Positions 12,095 to 25,227 are shown, counted from the stretch's first letter. The stretch: DNA of 64,000 bases from Mobula hypostoma (GCF_963921235.1 NC_086109.1:15192001-15256000), one strand, 5' to 3'. Numbers and translations are program-made. Notes: a model not told the origin generated them from the letters alone.

Positions 12095-13420
12095 ACAAGA
12101 TGGTGCCAGCAACCAATGCGACCAACAGCAGACAGTTCACAAAGCTACTTCTACTTCTTTTCTTCTTCTTTCAAATATGTCTCTACTACTAAGATGCATG
12201 CAGTTGGAACCTGTGATTTACATTTTGATGGTACATTCAAAGATTCAAAGTACATTTATTTTCAAAGTATGTATGCAATATACAACACTGACATTTGTCT
12301 TCCCAACAGTCAAGAAAAACCATGGAACCCAAAGAAAAACGTCATACCTCACCCACGTGCAAAAAAACTGTGCAGAATATAAAATCAAGATACTCCAGAC
12401 ATAGTTAGTTCATTATCTGCAGGTTGCCCTGATTCAAAATCACCCAAAATAGCAACCATAAAAAGGGAGCGAATAGAAACACATCATAATGTAAGCTACA
12501 GAGTCCAATCCACAAACCACATTGATTAAACCTTGCCCATGAACTCCAGCATTATCCTCCACAGAGAGAGGATATCCAACACACACTCACACTCACTCTC
12601 TTACTCACACTCTCACTCTCTCTCTCTCTCTCACTATCTCTCTCACTCACTCTCTCACTCTCTCTCTCTCACTCTCCCTCTCTCTCACTCCCTCTCTCTC
12701 TCACTCACTCACTCTCACTCTCTATCTCACTCTCTCAGACATCTTCCTCCGGCAGCAGTGAGTGAGAGGTGTGAATTGGCTGGAGAGCGTTGCCCTTGGT
12801 AGTGTTGTTTGCTGCATCATCTGCTTCCAGTTGAGAAATCTGGCCCTTTGTCCTCTTTGAACGGAGAGTGTGGCCTGCAGGCAGAGTATGAGCCCATGAT
12901 TGGCTCCACTGCTTGTCTACGACTGAGGCGTCGAGCACGGTAGAAGCCGAAGAGAATGAGAGTGGAGGGTGTGTGGGTGTCTTCCTCTACCTCTTGCTAG
13001 CTGCTGTTGGAGGAGAGTGCAGGAACCTTGGGTTCCATGTTGCAAGGATTAATTGGCCGGGCTCGTGGCTGTGGACTCATTCTGGGGGACTTTGAGGTTC
13101 TTGTTGCATGTGTTTCTAGATTCTGGTTTGATCAGGGCACTTTGGGGTGGACTGGAGCACTTTGGTGAAGACTGGTTCTGTAGCTACAGTCAACTAATGC
13201 CTTGGTGCTGAACTGAACTAAACTGAATACTCCTGGTTTGAAGTTTGATATCCTATGTGTCGTTCACTTGCTTTTTACTATTTGTGCAATTTATATACTT
13301 TTTTGCACATTGGGCATTTGATGTTTTCTTGAACGGATCCCATGGTGATTCTTTGTTTCATGACTACCCGCAGGAGGACAAATCTCAGAGTTGTGGTCTG
13401 TATACTTACTTTGTATCTTT
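12095..13420 (+). mobile_element. Non-autonomous LINE-derived element with nested minus-strand repeat and CT/CA microsatellite (12235-12740)
   Basis: aagatgg start; 3' tail (aatctcagagttgt..) shared with 40360-40960 and 52750-53586. Confidence 0.45.
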
Positions 13421-13789
13421 ATGCCATGGGTTAAGGACGTGGCATGATTGGCTAAGGAGGGTCCAGAATCACGGTGCTAATTCACCACATAGAGGTGAAG
13501 GAGGGTCTGAAATCACGATTGATTCTGGCCAATTATGGGCCTATGATAAGGGAATGAACATCAGAATTGTGGCTGTGGGTCAGGGCTCTTGATATGTGGT
13601 GGGAATTGGGAGCTATTACCAAGATGCTAACCTGACCCAGCTGGTTCAAGCTATCCATCGCCTGCTCATCTCTTCGTCAGGGCTTAATCTCCTTTGCTTC
13701 TCCTTCACTACCTAGATCCACCTATTACCTTCCAGCTCCTGTCTGTCGCCTCCCCTCCTCCACTTGGATTCATCTACTCACTAAACATC

Positions 13790-14120
13790 AAAAAGCCTAG
13801 ATAGTATGGACAGGGAGAGGACGTTTCTAATAGTGGGAAAGTCTAGGACAGGAGGGCACAGCTTCGGAATACAGCGGCGTCCCTTTAGAACAGGGATGAG
13901 AGGGCGGTGAGTCTGTGAAATTCACTGCCACAATCAGATGTGGAGGCCAAGTCACTGGGTATAGTTAAAGTGAAAGTTGATAGTTTCTGGATTAGTAAGG
14001 ACATCAAAAATTATGGGGAGAAGGTAGGAGAATGGGGTTCAGAGGGAAAATAAATCAGCCATGATTAAATGGCAGAGCAGGCTTGATGGGCCAAGTAGTC
14101 TAATTCATATGTCTTATGGT
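13790..14120 (+). mobile_element. CR1 3' fragment inside an old Penelope-like 3' remnant (~13540-14325)
   Basis: gtctaggacaggagggcacagc..tatgtcttatggt; degenerate ctgatg..gaac motif at ~14240-14275. Confidence 0.7.
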
Positions 14121-15069
14121 TTTATCTTCCCCATATTACACCACCACCTCCTTATTTGTCTTCACTTATTACTGACCCAGCGGTCTCATGTTTCCTTCTC
14201 ACTTCTAGATACTGCCTATTTCCTCATTAGGCTCTCAGTTCTGATGTAGGATCTTGACCCTGAACTGTTGACCAACACTTTCAGATGCTGTGAATTCTTG
14301 TGGTCATTTATTTTTTGCTCCTGCAGGAAGTATTCTTCAGCAATTTGTCTAGGTAGTTCTGACCTTAAGTTCTCTTACCAAACTCCAACAACCCTCCATA
14401 TAGTAATTACTGAGAAGTAGGACTCTCCTGTAGCAGTTGCTTAATAGTGGCATGTCTCTTTAAAAACTATCTGTGACGTTTGTATCTTCAGCTAACTTGC
14501 TGACAACTGCTGTTTCAACAATGCCAGTTTTAACTTGGTGTTGCACTGTGCACCTTGCAATCTCACTCTTCATGCAACTTCCACAGTGTTAGATGAACTA
14601 CAACACTATTTTACCATGAAAATAAGGCGCTAAGGAATTTCTAGTCCTCTGTTTCCTCAGGGGTGGGGGAAAAAAAAGCTACAGTGGAATCCGTTTTAAG
14701 TTTGAAGACAAGATGGAAGTGAAGGTGAACTGCATTGCCCAATATCTTCCATGGATTTTGCAATTATTTCAGATGTGCAGCAGGTTATACCAGGATCAGT
14801 TTTGTTCAGCTAGTACTGTAGTCTGGGCCAACAGCTGTAATTGGATCAGTTTATCCTGTGTGATGTACAACCCACTTTGCAGAGCATAAAATTCCAAAGG
14901 ACCAAAAAAGATCTGAGAAAAAGTTGCATAAAGACAGCTTTGAAAAGATTAGGTAAGAGGGCCTCGAAATTTCTCTATGTAGCACTGGAAAGCAGATGGT
15001 GTAAATTTGGAAATCATAATAATGCAGCAGGGGATTCTGAGCCTCCTAATAACAGTCATTAATGTTGTG

Positions 15070-15340
15070 AACAACACACACAAAATGCTGGAGGAACTCA
15101 GCAGACCAGGCAGCATCTGTGCAAAAGAGTACAGTCGACATTTCAGGCCGAGACCTTTCATTGGGACTGGAGAAAAAAAGATGAGGATTTAGAGTGAGAA
15201 GGTGGGGGGAGGGGCAGGAGAAACACAAAGTGATAGGTGAAACCAGGAAAGGGAAGGGGTGAAGCAAAGAGCTGGGAAGTTGATGGGTGAAAGAGATACA
15301 GGGCTGGAGAAGGGGGAATCTGATAGGAGAGGGCAGAAGG
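15070..15340 (-). mobile_element. Penelope-like 3' fragment with degenerate hammerhead motif (15132-15169)
   Basis: Matches the reverse complement of 45230-45440. Confidence 0.8.
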
Positions 15341-15750
15341 CTTCAGAAGAATGAGGGGTGATCTCATTGAAATCTATCAAATGTTGAAAGGCCTCGACAG
15401 AGTGGATGTGAAGATGCTGTTTCCTTTGGTAGAGGAGTCTTAAGACCAGAAGGCACAGCCTCAGAATAGAAGGGCGTCCTTTTAGAATGGAGATGAGGAA
15501 TTTCTTTAGCCGGAGTGTGGTGAATCTGTGGAATTCGTTGCCACAGGCAGCTGTGGAATACAAGTCATTGAATATATCTAAGGCAGAGGTTGATAGATTC
15601 TCAATTAGTCAAGGCATGTAAGGATATGGGGAGAAAGCAAGAGATTGGTGCTGAGAGGGAAAATGGATCAATCATGATGAAATAGCAAAGCAGACTCAAT
15701 GAGCCAAATGGCTTAATTCTGCTCCTATACTTTATGGCCTCATGGTCTAA
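15340..15750 (+). mobile_element. CR1 3' fragment
   Basis: Codes RRMRGDLIEIYQMLKGLDRVD; CR1 tail. Confidence 0.85.
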
Positions 15751-15944
15751 TGACAGGCTTTGGTCCCTCACAGAAGAACTAGCTTTTGTTCATGGTGAAG
15801 ACTAGCAAGGAACCTTATTTAAAGGCCCTACCACAAGTTTACATTCCTAGTCAGAATGGATGACCACACTGCTGCTGTAGATAGTGCTGTTGCTCACACC
15901 TGCAGTGACCTGGGTGTGACCCTGACCTCCAAACCTGTCCCTAA

Positions 15945-16190
15945 TGATCCAACGGGCCCTTTTTACACACCTGTCCTTGTAAATGTCCTGAATCATGGGA
16001 AGTTCACAACTACAGATGCACTGGGCTATCTGCACCACTCTCTGCAGAGTCCTGTGATTAAGGGAGGTACAGTTCCCATACCAGGCAGTGATGCAGCCAG
16101 TCAGGGTGCTCTCAATTGTGTCCCTGTAGAAAGCTCTTAAGATTTGGGGGCCCATACCAAACTTCCTGAACTGTCTGAGGTGAAATATTC
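15945..16190 (-). mobile_element. Rex1-type LINE C-terminal fragment
   Basis: HLRQFRKFGMGPQILRAFYRDTIESTLTGCITAWYGNC. Confidence 0.8.
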
Positions 16191-16209
16191 TGTACAATTT
16201 TGTCACGCG

Positions 16210-16930
16210 GTTAGAGGAAAGAATGTTGGCAGTGCTGTGTATTTAGTATTTCAGTTGCATTTGAGTAATACTGTGGGTATGTTGTTTGCCTAAGCATTCT
16301 TGTTTATTTAAATAATTCATTATGGGTTATATGTAAAAATAAGTGAAATCCATATGCCTTGATGCCTCCACGTGATACATGTGTGACTCTCTTAAAGTAA
16401 CAAACAAACTAAGACTCACATCTCTTGGGCTCCCATCTTTTTCTTCATATTAATTTTAATATTTTGGAGTTACAAAACGTTACAGGCAGGACTCGAGGGC
16501 CTGAGTTATAGCAAGAGGATGGCCAAGCTATATCTTTACTCGCTGGAGTATAGGAGTCTGAAGGGTGACCTTTGAGAGCTGTAAAAAAAAATCATGAGGG
16601 GCATGGAGTGAATGGACACAGTTCTTTTCCCAGGGAAAGGAAATAAAAGACTAGAGGGCACAGGTGTAACGTGAGGGGAGAAAGACTTAAGAGACCTGAG
16701 GGGCAACTTCATCATGCAGAAGGTGGTGCACATGTAGAACGGGCTGCCAGGGGATTGAATTGAGGCGGATACAATTACAATAACAAAGTTTAAAAAGTGT
16801 TTGGTTAAGTATATGGACAGGAAAGGTTGAGAGGGATGTGGGCCAAATGCAGGCAAATAGGACTAGTCTGGGTGGACATCTTGGTCAGCATGAGTGAAAT
16901 GGTCTGAAGACCCTGTTTCAATGTTGTATT
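16210..16930 (+). mobile_element. CR1 3' fragment containing a solo LTR
   Basis: agaatgttggcag|gactcgagggcctgagttat continues across the insert. Confidence 0.75.
16233..16484 (+). mobile_element. Solo LTR (252 bp), Gypsy/BEL-like
   Basis: TG...ACA ends; perfect 5-bp TSD ggcag (16228-16232, 16485-16489). Confidence 0.8.
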
Positions 16931-17364
16931 ACAGAACTGCTCACCAAGGGCAGATTCCATTGTTTTCTGTTTAGTGTGGAGGATTATGGAGTGATTTAAA
17001 TGAGTTGATGGCATCTTCAGAACTTAATACAGTGAGGTAGTCCAGAACAAAATTACTTTACATTAAAATTAGAACTAGGAGACACTCAAGCATTTTTCCC
17101 TACACAAAGTCCTCCTGAAAGCCTCAAGAGATTGATAGATATTTTTAATGAGGCACGGAACACACTTGGAGTTAGAGGTGGACCAACCACAAACTATCTG
17201 AATGGGGCTGAATAGCTCTTCCTTGTTCCCTTGTATCTAGGGACTTCAAAAGATTTAACTTTTTTTTTAACATTGAGTAATCTAAGTGCAAACACACTAC
17301 ATTGGCATACAATATGGTAAGGTAAAACGTGGTTGACTAGAATTAGGAGAATCATTCTCTTAAA

Positions 17365-17655
17365 GTTACTTCTTGGCTTCTCACTTCATTCCTCTTTCCC
17401 TACCAACCTATTTTCCCTTTACCTGTTTCAACCTATCACCTGCTAGCTTGTACTCCTTCCCCTCTTCCCCCCCCCACCCCATCACTTTCTAATCTGGCTT
17501 CCTGTACCTTCGTTTTCAGTCCTGATGAAGAGTCTCGATCCAGAACGTCAACTGTTTATTCTTCTCCATAGATGCTGCCTGACCTGCTGAGTGCCTCCAG
17601 CATTTTGTGTGTGATCCTCTGGATTTTCGGCATCTGCAAAATCTTTTAGTGTTTA
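17365..17655 (+). mobile_element. Penelope-like 3' fragment with hammerhead motif (17517-17554)
   Basis: cagtc CTGATGA ag agtctcgatc c agaa cgtc aactg, then the shared terminal segment. Confidence 0.8.
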
Positions 17656-17664
17656 AAATAAGTT

Positions 17665-17790
17665 ATTGTTTCCTTGCTTGCTTATGCCCATTCACCCCTA
17701 CTGGGGCATAGGCCTCTGACAGCAGGTAGCCAGAGTCCTCTGTCCTGGCCCAGTATTTCAAGTTGCTCCCAGTTGTAGCCCAACTTCTTG
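17665..17790 (-). mobile_element. RTE-type LINE 3' end
   Basis: Reverse complement: ..caggacagaggactctgg..ggcctatgccccagtaggggtgaatgggcataagcaagc (RTE-like tail hairpin). Confidence 0.5.
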
Positions 17791-17944
17791 GTGTATTCTC
17801 GAAACAACATCGAAACAGATCCAGGAGCAGACACTTAACATGAGTTACAGTAGAGAACAGGAGAAGAGGATGACCTTTAGGCTATTGTCCCCTTGTGGAA
17901 TAGGATCCTAGATTTTCACTGCAGACATATTAAGATAATGGTCT

Positions 17945-18305
17945 GAAACCTTAAGATGTATTAAGTGGCCACAGATGGCACAAAACTACCATGTTGCACC
18001 AGTGGCTTTTGGGACCCCCTGGTGAAGGAAGCCATTAAAATAAAACAAGAGGAAAAGAATTTTAATAAAGACCATGTTCTCACTCTAAGTAAGAACTGGA
18101 ATTTGATTGTAAACAAGGTAGGACAGCGGAAACCTGATTGGATGAGGACTAACCAATCAGGAGGGATGGACGACGGGGGTATAAATACCACCGGACTAGA
18201 CATGCCCAGGCATCATCCCTGATGAAGATGGAAGAGTTTGTCATGGAAATGTTGGTTAATATCGATATCTGTACTCAGCTGGAAGCCCAAAGAAGTTTAT
18301 TCCTT
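17945..18305 (+). mobile_element. Second Penelope-like family, 3' end (GIY-YIG C-terminus plus pseudo-LTR)
   Basis: LVKEAIKIKQEEKNFNKD..LSKNW; CCAAT, TATAAA, then ctgatga..gaaa. Confidence 0.75.
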
Positions 18306-18399
18306 TAAGTCACATTGTGTGAATTTAGACCCTAACTTGTGACAGTCCTACGCAAATGTGGATTATATTGAATTATTGCATTATGGCATGACAACTAAG

Positions 18400-18990
18400 C
18401 ATCAGTGAGAGGTAATGTTGCAGCTATACAGGACCTTGGTCAGACCCCATTTGGAGTACTGTGCTCAGTTCTGGTCAGCTCACTACAGGAAGGATGTGGA
18501 AACCATAGAAAGGGTGTAGACGAGATTTACAAGGATGTTGCCTGGATTGGGGAGCATGCCTTATGAGAATAGGTTGAATTAACTTGGCCTTTTTTCCTTG
18601 GAGTGACGGAGGATGAGAGGTGACCTGACAGAGGTGTATATGATGATAAGGGGCATTGATTGTATGGATAATCAGAGGCTTTTTCCCAGGGCTGAAATGG
18701 CTAGCATGAGAGGGCACAGTTTTAAGGTGCTTGGAAGTAGGTACAGAGGAGATGTGAGAGGTAAGTTTTTTAACGCAGAGAGTGGTGAGTGTGTGGAATG
18801 GGCTACCGGCGACGGTGGTGGAGGCGGATATGATAGGGTCTTTTAAGAGACCTCCTGGATAGGTACAAGGAGCTTAGAAAAATAGAGGACTTTGGGTAAC
18901 CCTAGGTAATTTCGAAGGTAAGGACATGTTCAACACAGCTTTGTGGGCTGGAGGGCCTGTATTGTAGATTTTCTATGTTTCTATGTTCTT
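18400..18990 (+). mobile_element. CR1 3' fragment
   Basis: LVRPHLEYCAQFWS, MRGDLTEVY; ttctatg tail. Confidence 0.9.
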
Positions 18991-19594
18991 AATGGTCTAT
19001 AAATTCACATTTCTTTTGTTAGATCTTAATGTCACAGAAATTTCTTTTCATATTTTTAAACAGTGAGCACAGAAAATGCTATTGATTAATAGCCATTTGG
19101 CTGTTTTCAATATTCAGTTTTAAACTCAGCTAGAACATTGTCAGGACAGCATTAATCAACACTGTCAACTGTAGGACTTTTTATTAAGAGAAAGACAAAA
19201 CACAAGGGAGTTTGTGATGTCAAGCAGTGAGCTGCGATAGTGTATGAAGATATGACTCCATGTGGAAAGATGTATGTGGCACTTCCTAATTTACTCACAA
19301 GATGGCATTAATCTGTCACTGTAAGTCAGATATCCAAAGAGGGAAACATTGAGATATGTATCGCTTCATTGGAGTTTTTACCACCAAAGGCAAAACACTG
19401 ACCCTTTTGATATATAAAACGCACACCAGCAGCCGAAAGCAATCTGACAGGTGATTTTATTTGATTCAATTTTGGGTATTTCTTTTAGAAATTAATTTCC
19501 ATAAGCTATTTGCAAGCACACAACTGAGGGAATTGATGTTAAATTGCTCTGCCTCCCATTCTGTACCAACAAACAAACAAAAAAAACAAACACA

Positions 19595-20790
19595 CACACA
19601 CACCCTCTCTCTCACATATCTCTCTCTCCCCTACTTTCTCTCTCCCCTTCCTTCTATCTCTTCCCACATCCCTCCCTTCTCTCTCTCCCTCTCTCTCTCC
19701 CCCTCTGCTCCCTTCTCACTGTCCTCCTCACCTCGTTCTCTGTACGCCTCCCCTCCCTTTTCTCTCTCCCCGTCCATTCCCTTCTCTCTTTTCTCCTCCC
19801 CTCCCTTCTATCTCTCTCTCCAAAACCCCCAATTCTCTCTCGCTCCCACTCCTCTCCCTTCTCTGTCTCTCCCACTTCCCCGTTCTCTCTCTCCACCCAC
19901 TTCTCTGACTCTCCTCCTCCCCTCCCTTCTCTATCTCTACCCCCTTTTCCAACCCCCTTCCTAAAACTACACCCTCCCCACCTCTCCCTTCTCTAACTTT
20001 CCCCTCCCCTCCCTTCTCTATTTCTCACCTTCCCTCCCTTCTCTAAATCTCCCCTCCTCTAAATCTCCCCTCCCTTCCCTTCTCTATCTCTCCCCCCTTC
20101 TCTAACCGTCCCCCTCCCTTCTCTAAAACTACACCCTCCCCACCCTTCTCTAAAACTACACCTTCCCCACCCCTCCCTTTTCTAACTCTCCCCTCCCTTC
20201 CCTTCTCTAAATCTCCCCTCCCCTCCCCTCCCTTCTCTTCCCCTCCTCCCCTCCCATCTCTAACTCTCCTCCTCCCCCTCCCTTCTCTCTGCCCGTCCCC
20301 TCCCTTCTCTTTCTTTGCACCTCCCCTCCCTGCCCACCCATCCCTTCTCCCTCTCTGCCCCAACCATCCCTTCTCCCTCTCCGCCCCACCCATCCCTTCT
20401 CTCTCTCTGCCCCTCCCATCCCTTCTCGCTCTTTGCCCCACCCATCCCTTCTCTCTCTCTGCCCCTCCCCTCCCTTCTCTTTCTTTGCACCTCCCCTCCC
20501 TGGCCACCCATCCCTTCTCTCTCTCTGCCCCACCCCTCCCTTCTCTTTCTTTGCACCTTCTCTCTGCCCCACCCATCTTCCCCCCTCTCTCGTCACTGCC
20601 CTTCTCTCTCTCTCTCACCCCTGCCCTTCTCTCTCTCGCCCCCACCCTTCTCTCTCTCTCACCCCTCTACCCCTTCTCCCCTTCCCCTTCTCCCCTTCCC
20701 CTTCTCCCCTTCCCCTTCTCCCCTTCCCCTTCTTCCCCTCTCCCCCCTCCCGTCTCTCCCCCCTCTGGTCTCTCTCCCCCCTCCCCTCTA
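19595..20790. repeat. ~1.2-kb polypyrimidine/polypurine low-complexity tract with internal minisatellite units
   Basis: Almost only C/T; recurring cccttctctaa, cccacccatcccttctc and ccccttccccttct units. Confidence 0.95.
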
Positions 20791-21384
20791 TCACCATATC
20801 TTGTATCGCTCAGAATTAAATATTTTGTATGTGTTATCGTGGTTTTTAACTGAAGGTCCTTTAGCTAGATTGCTCTTCGTATTGACTGATTTTTGTTGAC
20901 ACCTGTATATTTTTAATATAGATTGAGGGGACAGTTTAAAAAAATTATATAGTTTGGAAGCTATTGTCTCACACAGAAAGGGATTAATATGTGATGGTAA
21001 GTACAGATGTCAGGCCTTTAGCTGATGTTAAAAATCCACTTTGTAAAATAACATTTGACAAACCTTTTCATCCTTTTAACAAGCATGCAGATTACATCAT
21101 TGAGTTACACAGTGAACATTTCAGAATTGACATAACAGCTAGAATGCACACAGTAGCAACCTCTAGACCTTCTGGTATTGGGAAAGTCTCAAAGGGGCTT
21201 TCTGATTTGCATCCCAATGACAGTGCCTTAGCAATCGTCCTGTGGTGTATCTGGGACAGCTGCATACCAAAGAGGCTGTTTACTTCGCTTTGCAATTGTT
21301 GGATCCCTACTTTCCAGTTCCAGCATCTTTTCATGAGAGATTTACTGGCGCTAAGCCTGAGCTTTGAGGGTTTGGCGATATAAT

Positions 21385-21630
21385 TAATTAATTTAGGGAT
21401 ACAGCGTGGAATAGGCCCCAATGAGCTACACTGTCCAGCAACCCACGTATTGAACCACAGGACAATTAACCTACTAACTGGTACATCTTCGTACTGTAGG
21501 AGGAAACGCATACAGTCATGGGGAGAACATACAAATTTCTTACAGACAGCGCCAGATTTGATCTTCGAACTCCTTAATGCCCCGAGCTGTAATAACATTA
21601 GCATCATACTAACCACTATGCTACAGTGGC
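21385..21630 (-). mobile_element. V-domain SINE (HE1-like)
   Basis: ggaggaaac..catggggagaacatacaaa..taaccactatgctac. Confidence 0.7.
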
Positions 21631-21694
21631 ACCTTGCTCCAAATGCTGCCTTTGTGCACTAATTCTATCCCTTTATGAGGCATAAAGTAAGCAA

Positions 21695-22180
21695 AGGATC
21701 CAAAGTACATTTATTATCAATGTATGTATGCAGGATTCAAACCCTGTGATTCACCTTCTTCACAGACAGACACGAAACAAAGAAAACCAAGAAAGAAAAT
21801 CATGGAACCTGTTCAAAGAAAAAAACATCAAACCACCACCCCCCCCCCATGCACAAAAAAAAACAAATCATGGAAATGTCAAAAAAAAATCACGCCCCCA
21901 TGAGCAAAACAAAACAAATTGCGTAGACATCAACAAATACATCAACCCCCCGACCCGCGCGTAAAAGAGAAATTATGCAAGTGGCAACGAGTAAGAACAA
22001 GCGAAAGCACGGAATATAAAACACAAAATCGAAGAGTCCATATTCAGTTCAGCTCAGTGTTCGTTACCTGCAGGCCACCCCGATCCAAAGTAGCTTGAAA
22101 TAGCAATGGAAAAAGAGCGAACATAAAGCACATCATAATGTGAACTACAATCCAATCCACAAACTGTGTCCATCAAACCT
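21695..22180 (-). mobile_element. Non-autonomous LINE-derived repeat (tail family)
   Basis: Similar to 12235-12530 (caaagtacatttatt.., tccaatccacaaac). Confidence 0.55.
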
Positions 22181-23049
22181 GGGAGGAATTGAGGAATCAT
22201 TTATGTAGCTAAATCCATAACTTTATCATGGAATCATCGAGTGCTGTAGTAAACATGACAGATATGCAAAAAGGACAAGTTTTGTTCGCATGGGAAACAG
22301 CTTCTTCTCCCAGGCCGTGAGAGTACTGAATGCCCTGCCAGCACCCAGGTCTCACCATGTGTGAAGTGCCAGTAGTTCACTTTCTAACCTGTCATAAATG
22401 CACCTCATTATTTGAGGTAATATTACTTTAAGTGTGTGAGTTATATATACTGTGTTGTGCACTTTGGTCTGGAGGAGCGTTGTTTCATTTGGCAGTCTAC
22501 ATGTACACAGTTAAAATGACAGTACACTTGAACTTGAACAAAGCATTGAAAGAAGTCCGAGTTTGACAAATTTTACAGATTATATTCAAGATTTTAATAT
22601 ACATGCATGCAATATCTGAATAATGCATTGAATCAATTAAACCAAGGAATAGTCAGGTTGAATTCAGAGTAGAGGAGGTACTTTGCCAGACCTAGGTTCC
22701 AGAATGCAAGATCATTAGGCAGAAGCGTGGGTTTCAGAATCAGCCACAAACCCACGCTTGTCTAGGAGGACTCTGTAAAAGCAATGTAGCCTCACAAGAT
22801 TACCCTTCATTAATATATAGAGGTTGTATTAGACTTTGAATATGCCAAGGAGCCTATAAACAAAAGCAGAAAGTGCTGGAAATACTTGGCAGGTCACACT
22901 GGAGACAGTTGCTAAGAAACTGAAACAGTTCAGCAGCATAGCTGTTATGCAATTGGACCAGCAATCTGGAGTTCAGATCCAAACTTGACAGTCTGAGTTC
23001 AGTATTGGGGGAAAAAAAAATCTGGAAATTTCAAAAAAGAAGTTAAACT

Positions 23050-23290
23050 GTGGGGTGCCGTGGTAATGTAGTGGTTAGCGCAATGATATTTCAGCTTGGG
23101 ATGTCGGAGTTCAAAGTTCAGTTCTGTCTGTATATCCTCCCCACGAACATGTGGGTTTCCTCCCAAGATGTACCGGTTCATAGGTTAATTGGTCATTGTA
23201 GATAGGCTAGGGTTAAATAGGTGGGTTGCTAGACAGTGTGGCTTGTTGGGCCAGAAGGGGCTGTTATGTGTTGTGTCTCTAAATAAAATC
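23050..23290 (+). mobile_element. V-domain SINE (HE1-like)
   Basis: tRNA-like head gtagtggttagcgc..ggagttcaa; CR1-like tail. Confidence 0.7.
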
Positions 23291-23439
23291 AAATCATCAT
23301 AAGCAACTATGAAGATATTGGAATGTTGTAGAAACCCAGCTGGCTCATAAGTAGTACCATTACAAAAAGAAACTTAGTATCCTTAGTTGTTCTGGCTAAG
23401 GAGTGATTAAATTTCCATGTTTTTAACATGAAGTGACCG

Positions 23440-23720
23440 TAGAACATAGACTATTACAACGCAGTGCAGGCTCTTCAACCCACGATGTCGTGCCAACCTT
23501 TTAATCTATTCTATAATCAATTTAACCCTTCCCTCTTTCAGAGCCCTCCATTTTTTTCTATCATTCACGTGTCTGTCTAAGAGTTTCTTGAATGCTCCTA
23601 ATGTGTCTGCCTCTAGCACTACGCCTGGTGGGCCATTCCATGCACCACCACTCTCTGTGTAAAGAACTTACCTCTGACATCCCCAGCCCCCTGTGCTTTC
23701 CACCAAACACCTTGTAAGTC
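23440..23720 (-). mobile_element. CR1 3' fragment
   Basis: Similar to 61425-61700. Confidence 0.75.
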
Positions 23721-24014
23721 TGCCCCCTAACAATGGCCAAGCATTTGCCCTGCACCCATCTACCGGGTACTTAGTGGTGACTGACAACGTAAGGATAAAT
23801 ATTGACTGACAACATAAGATGGTAACAAAGAAATGACTAAAGAAAACAGATGATCAGAGAAATGAACAGGGTGAAGGAGAAAAACACAAATTACAATAGG
23901 CAGAGGAGCAGATCATCCTGATACCATTACTAGCAGAGAAACGAATTAAACAATAAAAGAATCCTGGCTGCAGAAATAGAAACAGAACATATTGAGAAGG
24001 TTTGGATCTACATA

Positions 24015-24657
24015 CATAAGGCTAAAAGCAAGGATGTAATGACAGGCTTTGTGGCATTGGTTAGACTGCACTTGGAGTGTTGTGAGAGTTTTGGGCCCCT
24101 GTTTAAGAAGAGATGTGCTGGCACTGGCAAGGGTCAGGAGGAGGTTCATGAGAATGAATGGGTTAACGTACGTGCATTTGCTGGCTCGGGCCTGTACTCA
24201 CTGAGTTTAGAAGAGCAAGGGAGGAATCACATTAACGCCTATTGAATATTGAAAGGCCTAGATAGTGTGGAGTTGGAGAGAATATTCTCTATCGTGGGGG
24301 AGTCTAGGACAAGAGGGCACAGCCTCAAAATAGACGTCCCTTCAGAACAGAGATGAGGGGGAATTTCTTTAGCCAGAGGGCAATGAATCTGGCATTTCAT
24401 TGCCACAGATGGCTGTGGAGGCAGGTTATTGGGTACAGTATACTTAAAGCGGAGGTTGATATGTTCTTGATTAGGAGGATATCAATGATTAGGTCTGAGT
24501 TGACGTTCCCTCCCCTTCCCTCCCTCCCTCCCCAAAGATTAGGGGAGGAAGTCAGGAGAATGTGGTTGAGGGGGATAATAAATCAGCCATGATGGAATGG
24601 TGGAGAAGACTCGATGGGGCAAATGGGCTAATTCTGCTCCTATGGTTTATGGTCTAA
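24015..24657 (+). mobile_element. CR1 3' fragment
   Basis: LVRLHLEC, MRGNFFSQR; CR1 tail. Confidence 0.85.
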
Positions 24658-25227
24658 AGTTAAGCAAATAGAAATTAATGTAAACAGTAAAGAGGGGAAA
24701 AAAGAGCACAGATTATTAAATTGAATGGGGCCAGAAATTTTAATGGCTTATCTCCACCTTTATGCTTTGTAAGATAAAGCTTACCTATCTTACACACGTT
24801 ACCCAACAACTTGTGATCAATATTGGTTTCAAGGACATCAATGATTTAATTATGAAATTATCACTTTACTTACACACCTTTCCAAGGTCACCTCTCCCTT
24901 TCTCTGTAGCTTCCGCATTTCCTCCGCATTCCAATGAAGTTCAGTTTATTGTCAAGTACAACAGGGTGTAACGCTCACAGAGTAAACAGTATATATGGTA
25001 AATAATACAGTAAGTACAATAATCAATACAACAAGCACAGAGCAACAGACTGGTGCAAAGCACTGTCGTGCAATATGAAGTAGTGAAAATGCTGAGGTGA
25101 CAGTAGTGAAATAATCAAGAGAGGTCCAGTTAAAAGTCTGAGGTTGTGACAGCGCCATGGGGAATGGGGTGTGAAAGAGGGGATTGATTCGGAAGTCTGA
25201 TAATAGTTAGAAAGAAGCTGTTCTATA

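Noticed and set aside
19461..20899. Many overlapping 70-200 aa ORFs
   Set aside because: Artefacts of a stop-poor C/T tract; low-complexity translations
20991..21616. 130-aa and 174-aa ORFs
   Set aside because: No recognisable domain; the minus ORF runs through a SINE
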